From Utricularia gibba (Eukaryota > Plantae > Magnoliophyta), in the NCBI GenBank assembly GCA_002189035.1, contig NEEC01000004.1:4712001-4776000 (forward strand): 64,000 bases of DNA, read 5' to 3'. The translations under genes and the position numbers were made by a program. Positions 51,620 through 64,000 of this stretch are shown here, piece after piece. The notes beneath the pieces are model-generated. The model ran no database searches. It worked only from the letters and a program-made list of their open reading frames with translations, and was not told where the DNA came from. Within the stretch, counting starts at the first letter, position 1. Each line of letters opens with the position of its first letter.

Positions 51620-52366
51620 TCATTCAGAGGAGCGATTGTTTCTCTGACAGGGAAGGAGATTCGCAGTCATATTGAAGTTGAAAGGCCTCACAGTCGGAGA
51701 AGAAGCTGCTCCCATTTCCGAATCACCTTGGAAGTTGAAGTGCTTCGAGTCGAATTGAAAGTACGGGAGGGCGGTGGTAATCTGATTGGATCCAGAGGGG
51801 ATGGAGGAATGCAAGTGATTCTGCCAACTCAAGGCATGAAGCTCCTCGTTCCCAGATCCCAACTCGAAGCTTCTTGGTGGATAAGAAAGTGTCAGATTAG
51901 AAGGATCCCATCTCATGAAGGGATTGATGCTAACCCCTGAGACGCTGCTTTGGAAAGAAGCGAGATTATCAGAGTGATTAGCACCGCCGCCCATCATCTC
52001 GTGATTAACCAGCTGCTGTTGCTCAAAGAAGCCTCCCTGAGGGAAAGGGAGCGGCGGGAGCTCGTCGATTTCGTGCTTCGCCGCGTTGAGCAGCCAGTCG
52101 ACGACTTTGCTGGGCTGGTTGAAACCTAAGCGATCTTGCAGATCGTATAGCTGAATGGCCGTCTGCACCGAGAGCCGCACGCGCCGATCCCTCAACCCGC
52201 GCACGGTGAACACCTTGCTGTGCCGGTCTTTCCCGCCGAACGCACGCGACACGCGCACGATACGGGGGTCTTTCAGCTTCGACCATGACGTTGTCGTTGC
52301 TGCTGTTGTCGTGGAGGACACGGCGGGCTTCACTTCCCTTCTCCTGGCGTCGCCCTCCTCGATCAT
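51620..52366 (-). CDS. TCP13: Class II CIN-type TCP transcription factor (TCP5/13/17 clade), single coding exon
   Basis: [62 protein letters not shown] saw no miR319 site. Confidence 0.93.
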   Translation of the reverse strand: MIEEGDARRREVKPAVSSTTTAATTTSWSKLKDPRIVRVSRAFGGKDRHSKVFTVRGLRDRRVRLSVQTAIQLYDLQDRLGFNQPSKVVDWLLNAAKHEIDELPPLPFPQGGFFEQQQLVNHEMMGGGANHSDNLASFQSSVSGVSINPFMRWDPSNLTLSYPPRSFELGSGNEELHALSWQNHLHSSIPSGSNQITTALPYFQFDSKHFNFQGDSEMGAASSPTVRPFNFNMTANLLPCQRNNRSSE

Positions 52367-55300
52367 CCTCTCTGAAGAAAACCCTAAAATGGAGTTCCTT
52401 GGAGACGCAGAAGAAGCTCAAGCAACTTCAAAGAATGGATATGGATACAGGTTTTTGTTGAAATGAAAGCATGTATGTACTTCCACCAAATATATGTCAA
52501 CCGACACCCTTTTCTTGGAAACGCATGGACGGTGAAGATGCCTCCACGTGTCCGATTCACCATGGACGACCCATACCACTCTTCATCTACACCGTTGGAT
52601 TTGTTATTCATTTTTTTCATCGGCATCTACAAAAGGCATCATAACCATAGGCTCTCATCACATGGTTTGACAGATGGAACAGTGCAGTATGCAAACAATA
52701 AAGACAAAACTTCGATTTGGAACTTGGCTTGTGATTTCTGATGAGATGATGAAAAGCGTACAAGGGCTCCAAGTACACGATCCCAAAAAGTTGAGAAGGG
52801 AAGCCATGTAATATTGCTGTCAAGGGAGGGGGGTTTCAACTGTTCAAGTACTTCGATCTGTTAACAGTTCTGGTTTAGTTTAAACACTGTAGCAGCTTGG
52901 ATTCAAGGCTGGAGTTGGGCTCAATTTGACAAGGGTTAGGACAAGAAGAAGGTAATGATTAGTGTAAAAGCCAGGCTTGAAAAGCTGAAGGGGAGAGGGG
53001 GTCACAAGGGAAAGAGAAAGAGAAGAGAGTAACGTGAGTTTTGGAGAAGTGGGCTTGCTGTGAGGGACCAAATTATTCAGCACTGAACACAGGACCACAC
53101 CATTTTTGTTGCAGTGAGATTTGCTTATCGAGCTACGCTGAGTAGTTGAGCTTTGATTTCAATGGCTGACTGCAAAGTAACTCCGGTAGCACACTGGGGT
53201 GCCTCTGGTATATACAATAACATATCAGAAAACTATATTATATTGTACAGTTGAAGTATTTTGAAACTTGGAGGAAGACGAAGCATGATAACGCATCCCC
53301 ATTGCCCAGAATATGCAACTCCAGGGCTCATGCTGCACAAACCAGAAAAAAACCCTAGCTGTTCCACATTTTTATCCTAGGGTTTAGACGGTAAATCCCA
53401 GTACAGTGATACAGTTGATTTCACTGTAGTACAGCAAAAGAAACACACAATATAAAATAACGACAATCAATCAACGCAAGGTGAACATGACATTGTCAAC
53501 GTTATGAAACTTAAAAATTCGATCGGGGTCCACAGTGATTATCCAGTGCTTCGTACCCCTTTTTCCATCAGTTCCGCAGAGGACGAGTCCCCATTCTGCA
53601 GCAGCGATCGATCAGCCCCGCCCTCACACAGCATGAGAGGAGACGATGAACCCGCTAGAGATGGGCTGATCCGATCCGATGCTGCTAAACAGCGTAATTG
53701 AGAATCTCGAGAGAGAAGGAAGGAAGGATGTACAGTTTGATAAGAGAAGAGAGGGTTGAAGGAAAAGCGAAGGGGGGCTGGTCTGGGAACTGGCCCTGCC
53801 GCGCACTGCCCCATTTCACATTACTGCTACCAAAAGAAAAAAAAATGGTCCATAGATACAAAGCTTGGGCGCCTTTTTCGCAGCGATGTACGCTCAGTTT
53901 TTTCTTCAATTTTCTAATGAACGTCTCTGCAGGAGCAGGGGGCCTTCGCTAGGACAAAAATCCTTTAGGGACACCTGTTTTTTCTGTAATAAAAAAATGT
54001 GTTTTTTTTTTATTTCATGAGGAAAAAAATAAAGGGTTAGAATTTTTATTATTTAATGAGGGGGAAGAGAGAGGGGCAGAGGCACAGGAGTAAGTGCTTC
54101 TATTCTTTCTCTTGTAGCCAGTTTATATGGCAAGCAGGCATCGTACTTAAAGTTTGCATGTGACAGACAGTCTAGTTGTATGTCGGAATCTGACCAATGA
54201 ATTAAATATTATTATTATTGCCTTTCGGATTCGATTCCATATGGAAATTTAACTTAACCATCTCAAATGGTCCTCCATTATGTCTTAACGGGACCGGTAA
54301 AAAGAAAAATGAAAGAACATAGGAAACTCAGATCCCATACCACATGCATTCATCAACATAGAATCTTGATAACTATAGTTTAGTCATTCTTATTCAAATA
54401 AATATGCATTATATGGTTAAGATTTAAAATACATTTAATACATTGTATAACGATCCATCTTTATTTTGTACGATATTATTCAATTGTTACATTCCATTTT
54501 TATAATTTTATGTTATCTATATCTAAAAAAAAGAACTCATACAAGATTAGAGAAAAGTTTATTTATGTAATTGTCCATCAACTCTCATTCGTAATTGATA
54601 TGAATTTCGTCTAAGATCCTTAAATTATTTCTTGGGTTAGATATTTCTACCCCCTTTGATTACAGGCTTGAGTTGGGCTTTAATATATAGATTTTTTAAT
54701 ATTGTGTATTGGTAGAATTCTTTAGAACAGATGAAACAAAGTAAACCAAAATTTGCAAAATCAAGGATATTTTAAGAAACATGTCTATTAGGACACATTT
54801 GGCAAGTGGACAAGAATTATTGTGATTTAAATTAGATAGACCGTAAAATAATTGCTTATTTATGATGATGCATTTGACAGATAAGTTGTATTATTTAAAT
54901 ATATTTAGAAATAAAAAATAATATAAAATATCAATTATATCCTCAATTTTATATTGGTAAATTACATTAATGCCTGCATGTGATTTATAAACACTATGAA
55001 AAACCCTTAAGAGAAAGATAAAATAAGAATTGGATTTACTTGTCTTTAAATAAAAGTGTAAGAGTGATTAGTTTTTTACATAATGATTAGTTAGTGGTAT
55101 TAAAATCGGGACAAAAATTGGATGTAAATAAATCCACGTAAATACGATTAAAAATGAGATTAATTGGTTTTAAATAAACTAAAAGAAAATATAATTTTAA
55201 ATAAACTCATGTATATAAAATTAAAAAAAACTCATATATTTTAAAATTTATTTAAATCTATCAATTAAATACCATAAAATTTATAGTCTTAATTTTAAAT

Positions 55301-56040
55301 TCATGCAATCTCATCAACCAAACACGCATAATCATGCATATCAAATATATGTTTTTAGAAGCGCAATTTTGTCGAAGCGAATTGTTGCTAGTTAGATTTT
55401 TCGGTTTTACGATCCTCCACATCTGGTGTTCATTTGATATTCGATGAGATGAACACATCTAATAATCATACTTGGTGCGTGGTGTAGGGGTGGAGTGTTT
55501 AATGAAACAGTATTCGTCTTACTTGGTTGGGTGTGTGGAATTGAGAACAATCTTTTTCCCTGGGCCAAAAATGACTGACAGCATGCATTTATGTGAATTC
55601 GATGAAGGCCTTTCAATTAAATGCCACCATCTTCTCTCTACAACTCGTCAGGTCAGACGCACCCCAGAATCTTGCACTCAACACACATTCTACGTCTTCC
55701 TCAGTAACATGGATGGCAATGAGAACACACACACCGGCACCCATCTCTCCGGGTCAACCGGAAGCGGAGCCGTCGCCGGCGTGAGTGGCGCCGGAATGCT
55801 GCTGCTCCGCACACTGTTTGACGGAGCAGCAATGGGCGCAACGTCGGCATTCGATCTGGGGCCTTTCCGTTTGCCAGTTCCGAGCAACGAGGGAGCTGGG
55901 CGTTGGGATGAGTGGTAGTAAAATCATGGCAACGCAGCTGAAGGTGTGGAGGAAGAATCGAGTTGGAACCGGTTCGGAGCGAACCCGGTTTAGTTATATT
56001 ATTAATGGGGGACGAGACGAGAGCGGCTCGCTCTATTCAT

Positions 56041-56100
56041 TTGGGCCAGATATTAAGTGAAGCCCAATAAACGGAGGCCTTTTTAAAGGCTGTGGCCCAA
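56041..56100. promoter_or_regulatory. Cluster of three site II elements upstream of the G3BP-like gene
   Basis: TGGGCC (56042), AGCCCA (~56061) and GGCCCA (~56093) lie within 60 bp. Confidence 0.55.
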
Positions 56101-56769
56101 TCGGCCTGATTAACCTGAATCTTCCCAAGGTTTTTGGCACTTTTTTTTTTTTTGCCTTCACTCGCCATCTTCCACATTGTCGCCATCCAACGCTCGTACG
56201 CTTAACGTTGTTTGTATGAGCAGGTGAAATTTTAGTTTACTTGGTTGTTCTCGTGAACGGAGTTTCCACTTTGGGTTGGTTTCGCTTCTTCTTTTTTTTT
56301 CTTGCGGTTATTTGTTAATTTCGGTTTATGATGCGATGATTACTGGCTATGCATGCGTCGCTTGCTTGATATGTATGCGGATGTACGTTCGATAGTTTGT
56401 CGTTAGTTTTTGGCGTTTTCGTCGTCGAGTTTCCCTGCTATAGTTTCGTCTTGACGATTGGATCGGCTGGTTAGCTATAGTGACCCTTGGGTTTGAGGCT
56501 GGTGCGTCTGTTGGTGACGAAAGAGAGTTATGGGGTTTGTAAGAGGACTAGTGAGGATTCATGGTGCGTGAAGAAATTTTGGATCAGAGTTTTTTTTTTC
56601 ACCAAGAATTGGTCTCTTGTATTTGTTTTGGTTTTTGTTTGGTATCCGTACCGTGCGCAACGCTGTCTAGTGGGAAGGGATTGATGCTAACAACTGCTTC
56701 GCTTTAAGGTTGTTACCATGTATTTCTTTTCGATTCTAGCAGTCATTTTTTATTTGATTTTTCAGAAGA

Positions 56770-59084
56770 ATGGACAGTGCTGATGCAGAGTTGCCCCTTA
56801 CTGCTGAGATGATCGGAAACGCTTTTGTTAAGCAGTATTATTATGTTCTACATCACTCTCCCGAGATCGCTTACCTATTTTACAATGATAGTAGTGTCCT
56901 ATGTCGTCCCAATCATGATGGAATGATGACGATTGCAACAACTATGAATGTAATTCTCTTGCTGGAATTTTGTCACCAAGTGTTTTAATTGAACTGGTAT
57001 CTAACATTTGTCCTTCTTGTCTTGCCACAGAGAATAAATGATGTAATATGTTCATTAGACTACAAGAACTACGAAGCAGATATAGAAACTGTGGATGCGC
57101 AGTTCTCTTTTCATGGTGGGGTGTTTCTTCTTGTGACCGGATCATTGACTGGAAGTGACCATCATAAAAAGAAATTTACGCAAACCTTTTTCCTTGCTCC
57201 TCAAGACACTGGGTATTTCATTTTGAATGATGTTTTTAGGCATCTGGATAACGGAATACCAGAAATTGTTCTTGGAGTTGATGGCACACTTTCAAACAAT
57301 TTATATCATGGTACAGGTTGAGTTTGTTATTGCTTATGTGCTGCAGCATTTCTCCATGTTAGAAACCTGATTACTGATTTTGTTTGCATCTTGGAAATCT
57401 TCTTAGAGCCTTCGGAGCTGGTTGAACCTCCTCAATGTGACGCTCCTGAAACTCTTGTTAAGAATATTGAGGCTGCTGATGAGGACACCAATGGCCAAAT
57501 TGTTTCTGTGGAAACATCCGAACTTCCTCAAGCGGATCCTCTTAATCATTCTGTTAAGGAGATTGGGGTTGTTGAGGAAAAAGACAATGGCCAATTGATT
57601 GCTGTGGGACCACCTGGTCCGGATGAAGATGCGGTTGTGCAAGCTAAACCGAACACAAATTGGAATCGTGTTCCAGTTGACTCTGAAGCAGTTATTACTG
57701 TTTCAGAAGGGCATCATCCAAAGCAATCCTATGCATGGGTTGTGAGTTCACAGAAAAAGAGAGGTCCTACCAAAATTTATGTTCCTGCTACCGTAGTAAA
57801 GGAGGCTCATGCAAAAGTTGCAAAGCCTCCTGTTGATCAAACTTCAGAAGTTTCGATAGCTGGAGTATCTCTGTGCGAAACATCTGCTACTACTTCAGAG
57901 AATTGCAATACCCCTGATCAAGGTAGCATTTGTCTTCTCTCTGTGGAATGTGATTGTCTCTAATTCTGGTAAGATATAACAACTTGAATGATTATCAGGC
58001 CATGAACCTAGTGAGGCTGCTGAAAAAGTTGTAAAGCCAACCTCAGAAATTTCGACCCCGGAAGTATCTCTGCCTCAAAATCCTGTTACTGCTCCAGAGA
58101 ATATCGCTATTCCTGACGAAGGTAACACTTTTGTACCCATTGTGGTATATCAGCCACTAACTATTGGTCAAATGTATATATTGTTAAGACTTTTTTTATT
58201 GTAATCATCATGCAGGTGAAGGTCACACCATATATGTTCGCTATTTGCCCCCAAATGCAACAGTTTCTCAGCTTAAAGAAGTATTTAAGAAATTTGGTCC
58301 CATTAATCCGGCTGGAATCCAAGTCAGAAGAAACTGGGTCTGGATTTGAGATAACTATTTTTAACCAGAATTTGTTGTTTGTGTTTTTACATGCTAATTG
58401 TTCCTTTTTTCTTGCAGCAACAAGGATTTTGTTTCGGATTTGTTGAGTTCCAGGAGTTCAGTTCCATGCAAAGTGCAATAAAGGTTTGGAGCCATGCCTA
58501 CTTGCATGCACCCATATTTTTCTAAAAGTGCTTCGAGATGCTGAGAACTTTACATTCTTTGTGAAATCCAGAACTATCTGGTCCTAGATGCCCTTAAGAG
58601 TAAATCATAGTGAGAGGAATCACCATGTGATATTCTCATATTTTAATTCATCGGCCGGCCTATGCTACTTTGTCTTTGAGTATAAATGTATGTTGACTGA
58701 CACTCCACTCTTCAGGCGTCACCCATAATGATAGGGGACCGTGAGGCTGTTGTTGAGGCAAAGAGGGCAACTTCTCGAGGTGCACATAAGCAAGAAGTTT
58801 CTCCTTTCTTCCTGCATGACCATCTAAACTTGGCAGTGTAAGAAATCATGTACTCTTGTTTATGTGCAGTTGGCAGTGGAAGAAATCATTTTGCTTCTGG
58901 TAGTTTTCGTGAAGAAAACTTTGGGGGTCAAGGAAATTTTGGCAAGCGACAAGTTTATGTGAGAACAGATAGCAACTTCCTAAATCATGGGAGCTCAGGT
59001 AGTGCAAAAGCTTACCATCAAGGTAGAGGAAGGGGTGGCCACCACAACGGTCCAAGCCGAAACTTGGTGCCAGCCCAAAGTTAG
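56770..59084 (+). CDS. NTF2 + RRM (G3BP-like) RNA-binding protein, 8 coding exons plus a 5'UTR intron
   Basis: NTF2: IGNAFVKQYY..LH.SP...FY; KFTQTFFLAPQDTGYFILNDVFR. RRM: TIYVRYLP, QGFCFGFVEF. RG-rich tail GRGRGG. Confidence 0.9.
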
Positions 59085-59423
59085 TGCCAATACAAGTATT
59101 TCAGGATCTTTACCAGTGGTGGCTTTCCAGGTTGTTTATCATCCCTCTCTGGTTTTGCCTTTTGGTAGCACTTACTAGTAGTGTTGGTCATTCTTATTGA
59201 CTTAACTTCAGTGTAGATACGATCGAGTTTTGGTATGTTCGCTTGCTTAAAAAAATCAACCTGGCTTGTTAATAATTTTCGTATGCTATTTCTCATGGAT
59301 CACATCTGGTAAGGGTATCTTATAATATATATCATGATGTCTCCATGTTGGATTATTGCATGGCAGAGAGAAAATACAATGAGCAATTGCTAACAAAAAA
59401 GCAACAAGCCGAAGATGTTTAGT

Positions 59424-61364
59424 TCACTCAACGTGAGCTTGCAGATCACACGAGGAAGCATGGCATTTTATCTTCTTGTGTTGAGGAAAATTGAATTTGG
59501 GTTCCTTAGGAATAGTTGGTTGCTTCGTAGACCTAAAGGCAAAGTTAAAGTTGGATCATTTTGATAGCAGCTAAATGCAGGCAGGGATTGTTTTGATGCC
59601 AAAATGAAAATATACCTTCTTGGAATAAAGGGGTTGTCGAAGTATGGCATTGGCTGAGCTTTCGGAACCAGCTCCTTCCTCAGCCTCTGTACTTTTTCTT
59701 CTTCCTGCAGCTGCAAAACATGGAATTTGGTAAGGTCTAGTGTCGTTTTCAGAACAGTCTACTGCAGAAATCCATGAAGATGGCATTTTACCTTCTGTTG
59801 TTTCTCCTTTTCCATCCTGTACTGCTCGATTATGCTGATTTTCGCTGCTATCTATTAGAATAAAAGAGTTAGAAGTTTGCTCTAGTATCCACCAGCAAAT
59901 TCAGGAGGATTTCATTTTGCCCTTGTACAACTCGCACTCTGTGATGAGGACTACAGAATACCTGATTATCAAATTCTGCACGCTCCACAGCTCTTACATC
60001 AGTGTTCAGCACCACGTCAATAGGTTTTGTGATTTCTTTTGTTGGGGGCTTCACCAATCTCTGTTGCACCAAAACGATGGAATATAGTGAAGGAAAAGCA
60101 CTACAGAATCATGCAGTTCAAACTATATTACATTTGGTGGTCTGAAAGTTACCTCTGGTTCATCCGTAGTCCATGGAAGGCCTTGTGCAATAGGTATCCG
60201 CAATTTTTCCTCTTCTTCCATCTGTTTTTGCAACTTTTTCTCATACTCTTCCTCCTTGAGTCTTCCTCTTTGCTGCGTAATCATTAATTAGGCTAAGATA
60301 AATGCACCAAAAACACATGCATACAATGCAAACAAACCTCGGTTCTTAGCATGAATGGCTTTTGAGAAGTTGATCGTTGTTTGTTTCGTTTCCAAGGTTT
60401 CCTGATCAGGGTTCCAGATGAACCAGCGCTCTGCAAAAGGAAAGGTTTCATGAAATTGAAAAACCAGGAAAAAAATACAGCATCTGATGTGTGAGATTCA
60501 GAAGTCCTTACGCTTGCCCTGTTCTTTTTACCACCGGTAGAAGTTCTCACTGAAAGACTGCATGAAAAATCCGTCCAAACATTATATCAACAAGAAACTT
60601 ATAGTGATAGCATGTCAATTTATTCTTACTAACCTTCCCTGGCTGCTGCCAAATGATGGGGTGCGTGATGGAACCAAACCTAAGCTCTCACGCGTAAGAA
60701 GACAATCTGATGGACAAAGCGATGTCATCAAAGCCCGGATGTCGCACTCATCTGAAACCTGGTGCAATCCCCATTCTATTGCTTCCTCGATATGCTTCAA
60801 TTTATCCCCCTTCTCCTCGGAACCATCTAAAGTTGGAGCCACTCGGAGTTTCTCAAAAGCTTGCACCAGATGCATCACTCTACCAGATCCTGGCTCTGGA
60901 ATACAATTTCGTGCTTCTTCTAACACCTTTTCCCTACTCCTCTTCAAGCCACCGCTTTCTCCACTGCTCTCACTCAAGTTCTCAATGAAATCAATTTCTT
61001 CCTTCTGACGCTTGAAGAATTCCTCGTGTTCTGCTCTCAATCTTTCATAAGCCACACACAAACACCTCGATTTTTTATCACACTTCTCACACGCTCTTTC
61101 TTTACCCTCCCCCTTCCCACTCTTCTTCTTAGCGATCAGAAACTTCCTTTGTCGAATCCTCCTCTTCCCGGGAGAAGATTCCACGCGTTTAACACTCTCT
61201 CCGTTGCCGGACTTACAGATCGCTGGCGATTGAAGAATCGAAGTCTTCGATCCAGGACTTTGAAAATTCGGATTGACATTCTCGGATCGAGATTTCTCCA
61301 ACTTCACCCTGCTAGAATTGGACATTTTCCCCTTCGCCGGAGTAACCATTACTCCAGAATCCAT
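59424..61364 (-). CDS. TPX2-family microtubule-associated protein (TPXL/MDP60-like)
   Basis: GSGRVMHLVQAFEKL, TSQKPFMLRTEQRG, AQGLPWTTDEPE, NTDVRAVERAEFD and the C-terminal TPX2 motif RLRKELVPKAQPMPYFDNPFIPRRSTKQPTIPKEPKF. Confidence 0.9.
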
Positions 61365-61436
61365 ACGCTTCCTCTACCACAACGCTTCTGAATCGTCGGG
61401 CGCGAGTAGGATGAAATCAGAGAACAACGCGATTCG

Positions 61437-61464
61437 CAACGGCTAGTTGATCCACTGACCGTTA
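61437..61464. promoter_or_regulatory. Pair of MSA-like (AACGG) elements upstream of the TPX2-family gene
   Basis: CAACGGCT at 61437 and GACCGTTA at ~61457, in opposite orientation, 70-100 bp upstream of the ATG. MSA/MYB3R control is established for G2/M genes. Confidence 0.55.
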
Positions 61465-61754
61465 GTTCTCCTTTTAATCTCTCTTTTCCAAAACCACTCC
61501 GCCTCCCCAATACGGCGTCGTTCCCATTTGGGCTTCCAATTTCTTTTATTAGGCCTCCATTCACAAATCCAAACCCGGGCCAAGCCCAGGATCCGATAGT
61601 TGGCCGACTGTATCTCTCCAGATCACGTGCCGTGCATGTGTTCGGTGGAGAATTGCAGTTTACGGCTCTTGATTTGCTCCTCAATCAATCAACATTGCGT
61701 TTGTTGGGTTTCAACGATCCAAAAAAATTTTATTTATTATTTTTAAATTTTTTA

Positions 61755-61838
61755 TAATAACTACCATAATAATATAAAAAGTTTTTATTATTTTATATTA
61801 ATAATTACCATAATAATATAAAAAGTTTTTATTATTTT
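61755..61838. repeat. 2 x 40-nt direct repeat (period 44)
   Basis: TAATAA(C/T)TACCATAATAATATAAAAAGTTTTTATTATTTT occurs twice. Confidence 0.8.
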
Positions 61839-62807
61839 CATTAAAGCAGAAATAATATGCCAAACATGTCCAGATTCGGAAAATCAATTCATTTATTGAG
61901 AATTTATTTCAAATGCAGCGGAACATGCGGCCTAGTGCAACTCGCCGATTTGGTATTTAATAAATCACCGCCGGAATTAATTAAATAAATAAATAAACAA
62001 ACGTGCGTGTGATTAAAGGCCTTTGACTAATTAATATATTTAATATAAAAAAGGGAAATTACAGCCTAAAAATGCCGGAGGGCCCACCGCAGTCCTCCAA
62101 TTACCGGTTGCGGCCCATGGGGAGAAAAAGTAAACGTGTTCCGCGTAAGGGTATTATCGTCTTTTGGTAGTCGTCGTCTGGGGTCAGATCTCGGCAAGCT
62201 CAATGACTATTATGTATATATATAGAGAGAGCGCGCTGTCTTGCTCGCTACTGGCATTCCTTTGTGACAACGCGATTTCCTCTCCCCAGTTGTGATTCGG
62301 AGGTACGCGGCGTTGATTTTCTTGGTGTTTGTTGGATTCTACGTTGATGCGTTCAGATTTGTGCGGATCGGGAGATTTTTTTGCCTTTCTGGTTTGGTTG
62401 ATTGGGTGGTCGGATGGGTGTTTGTTTTTTTATGTCTGATCTGAGTTCTTTGTTATGCATGATGATTTCTTGGGTGATCGGATCTTGCATTTGATTCTAT
62501 GTGCTGAATTCCTTTGAGTTTTATCAGATCCATAAGAGATTTTAAGATTCTGTAGTTGGGATGTCATCGTTTATGTATGTGAAGTACGCATTGCCGTGGA
62601 AGTTATTGGATTTTGAAATGGTGTGATGTCTTTGTACCGGATCTGGCTCGATATCATGTGCTTTTGAGTACAGTCATGTGATTTAAAGCTTTCAGTTGTT
62701 CTCGAGTTAGATTGTTGATCTGGTGATGGTGGGTAACCATATTTGGTTGAGATTCTGATGTTGTAACTTTTTAGTTTTTATAGTTTCAGGAGTATTGAAA
62801 ACGCAAG

Positions 62808-64000
62808 ATGGTGAAGATTTGCTGCATTGGTGCTGGTTATGTGGGGGCCCGACGATGGCCGTGATAGCACTTAAGTGTCCTTCCATCGAAGTTGCTGTTG
62901 TCGATATTAATGTTGCTCGCATCAATGCATGGAACAGTGACCAGCTTCCCATCTATGAACCAGGGCTTGATGAGGTGGTGAAGCAGTGCAGGGGCAAGAA
63001 TTTGTTCTTCAGCACAGATGTGGAGAAACATGTTTTTGAATCTGATATAATCTTTGTCTCGGTCAACACGCCCACGAAGACTCGAGGTCTAGGAGCTGGC
63101 AAGGCTGCAGATTTGACGTACTGGGAGAGTGCAGCCCGGATGATCGCTGATGTATCAAAATCTGATAAGATTGTGGTTGAAAAATCTACCGTGCCTGTTA
63201 AAACTGCAGAGGCCATAGAAAAAATTTTGACACACAACAGCAAGGGGATTAATTATCAGATTCTCTCTAATCCAGAGTTCCTTGCTGAAGGCACTGCCAT
63301 TAAGGATCTTCTGAATCCAGACAGAGTTCTCATTGGAGGAAGGGAAACCCCTGCAGGACATAAAGCAGTTCAAGCGCTAAAGGCTGTGTACGCCCATTGG
63401 GTTCCTGAATATCGTATTCTGACTACTAATTTATGGTCTGCTGAGCTCTCTAAGCTTGCTGCTAATGCATTCTTGGCTCAGCGGATCTCATCTGTGAACG
63501 CCATTTCTGCTCTTTGTGAGGCCACAGGAGCAGATGTCACCGAAGTATCATACGCTGTTGGCAAGGACACAAGAATCGGGCCAAAGTTTCTTAATGCCAG
63601 TGTTGGCTTTGGTGGTTCATGTTTCCAGAAAGACATCCTCAACTTGGTCTACATCTGTGAGTGCAATGGTCTTCCTGAAGTTGCAGAATACTGGAAGCAA
63701 GTCATTAAGATCAATGACTATCAGAAGAGCCGTTTTGTCAACCGGGTGGTGTCTTCAATGTTCAACACCGTTGCCAATAAAAGAATTGCCATCCTTGGCT
63801 TTGCTTTCAAGAAGGATACTGGTGACACCAGGGAGACCCCTGCCATCGATGTCTGCAAAGGACTTTTAGGCGATAAGGCTCAGTTGAGCATCTACGACCC
63901 ACAGGTAACTGATGAACAGATCCAGAGGGACCTCTCAATGAACAAATTCGACTGGGACCATCCATTGCACCTTCAACCACTGAGCCCCACTACAGCTAAG
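62808..64000 (+). CDS. UGD: UDP-glucose 6-dehydrogenase (runs off the window end); apparent 1-nt frameshift in the G-run 62843-62847
   Basis: [13 protein letters not shown][G][62 protein letters not shown] and [14 protein letters not shown]. 5'UTR intron ~62303-62789. Confidence 0.95.

Noticed and set aside
62707-63869. ORFs 62707-62952, 62837-63031, 62953-63243, 63155-63373 (-) and 63516-63869 (+)
   Set aside because: Antisense or off-frame shadows of the UGD coding sequence, which the ORF track missed because of the frameshift and the window edge.

Overview
Gene-dense nuclear region of a flowering plant (eudicot; the plastid insert looks asterid-like, but the species cannot be determined), with short GT-AG introns and about 20 nuclear genes. 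In order: MCU (partial), UMP1, two tandem cytochrome b561 genes, PERK kinase, CONSTANS-like, Ole e 1/extensin-like, AUGMIN5, RING-H2 ligase, COBRA, two tandem ABCB27/ALS1-type half-transporters, eIF3m, RPL39, a ~5.4-kb chimeric plastid DNA insertion (NUPT), LONGIFOLIA/TRM, CIN-type TCP, NTF2-RRM (G3BP-like), TPX2-family and UDP-glucose 6-dehydrogenase (partial). The NUPT carries the ndhF 5' part fused to rpl14 end-rps8-infA-rpl36-rps11-rpoA-petD. I found no tRNA, rRNA, CRISPR array or intact transposon, and no convincingly new multi-gene system. The most notable signals are: (i) a 22-bp templated fold-back at the internal ndhF/rpl14 junction of the NUPT; (ii) four conserved genes (PERK, CO, COBRA, UGD) each broken by one missing G in a G-run, most likely a systematic assembly error, although a real CO null cannot be excluded; (iii) mirror-image synonymous GC bias between the ABCB paralogues; (iv) small internal duplications in b561 and G3BP-like genes; (v) two unassigned GC-rich ORF islands. 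Exon boundaries were read by eye.
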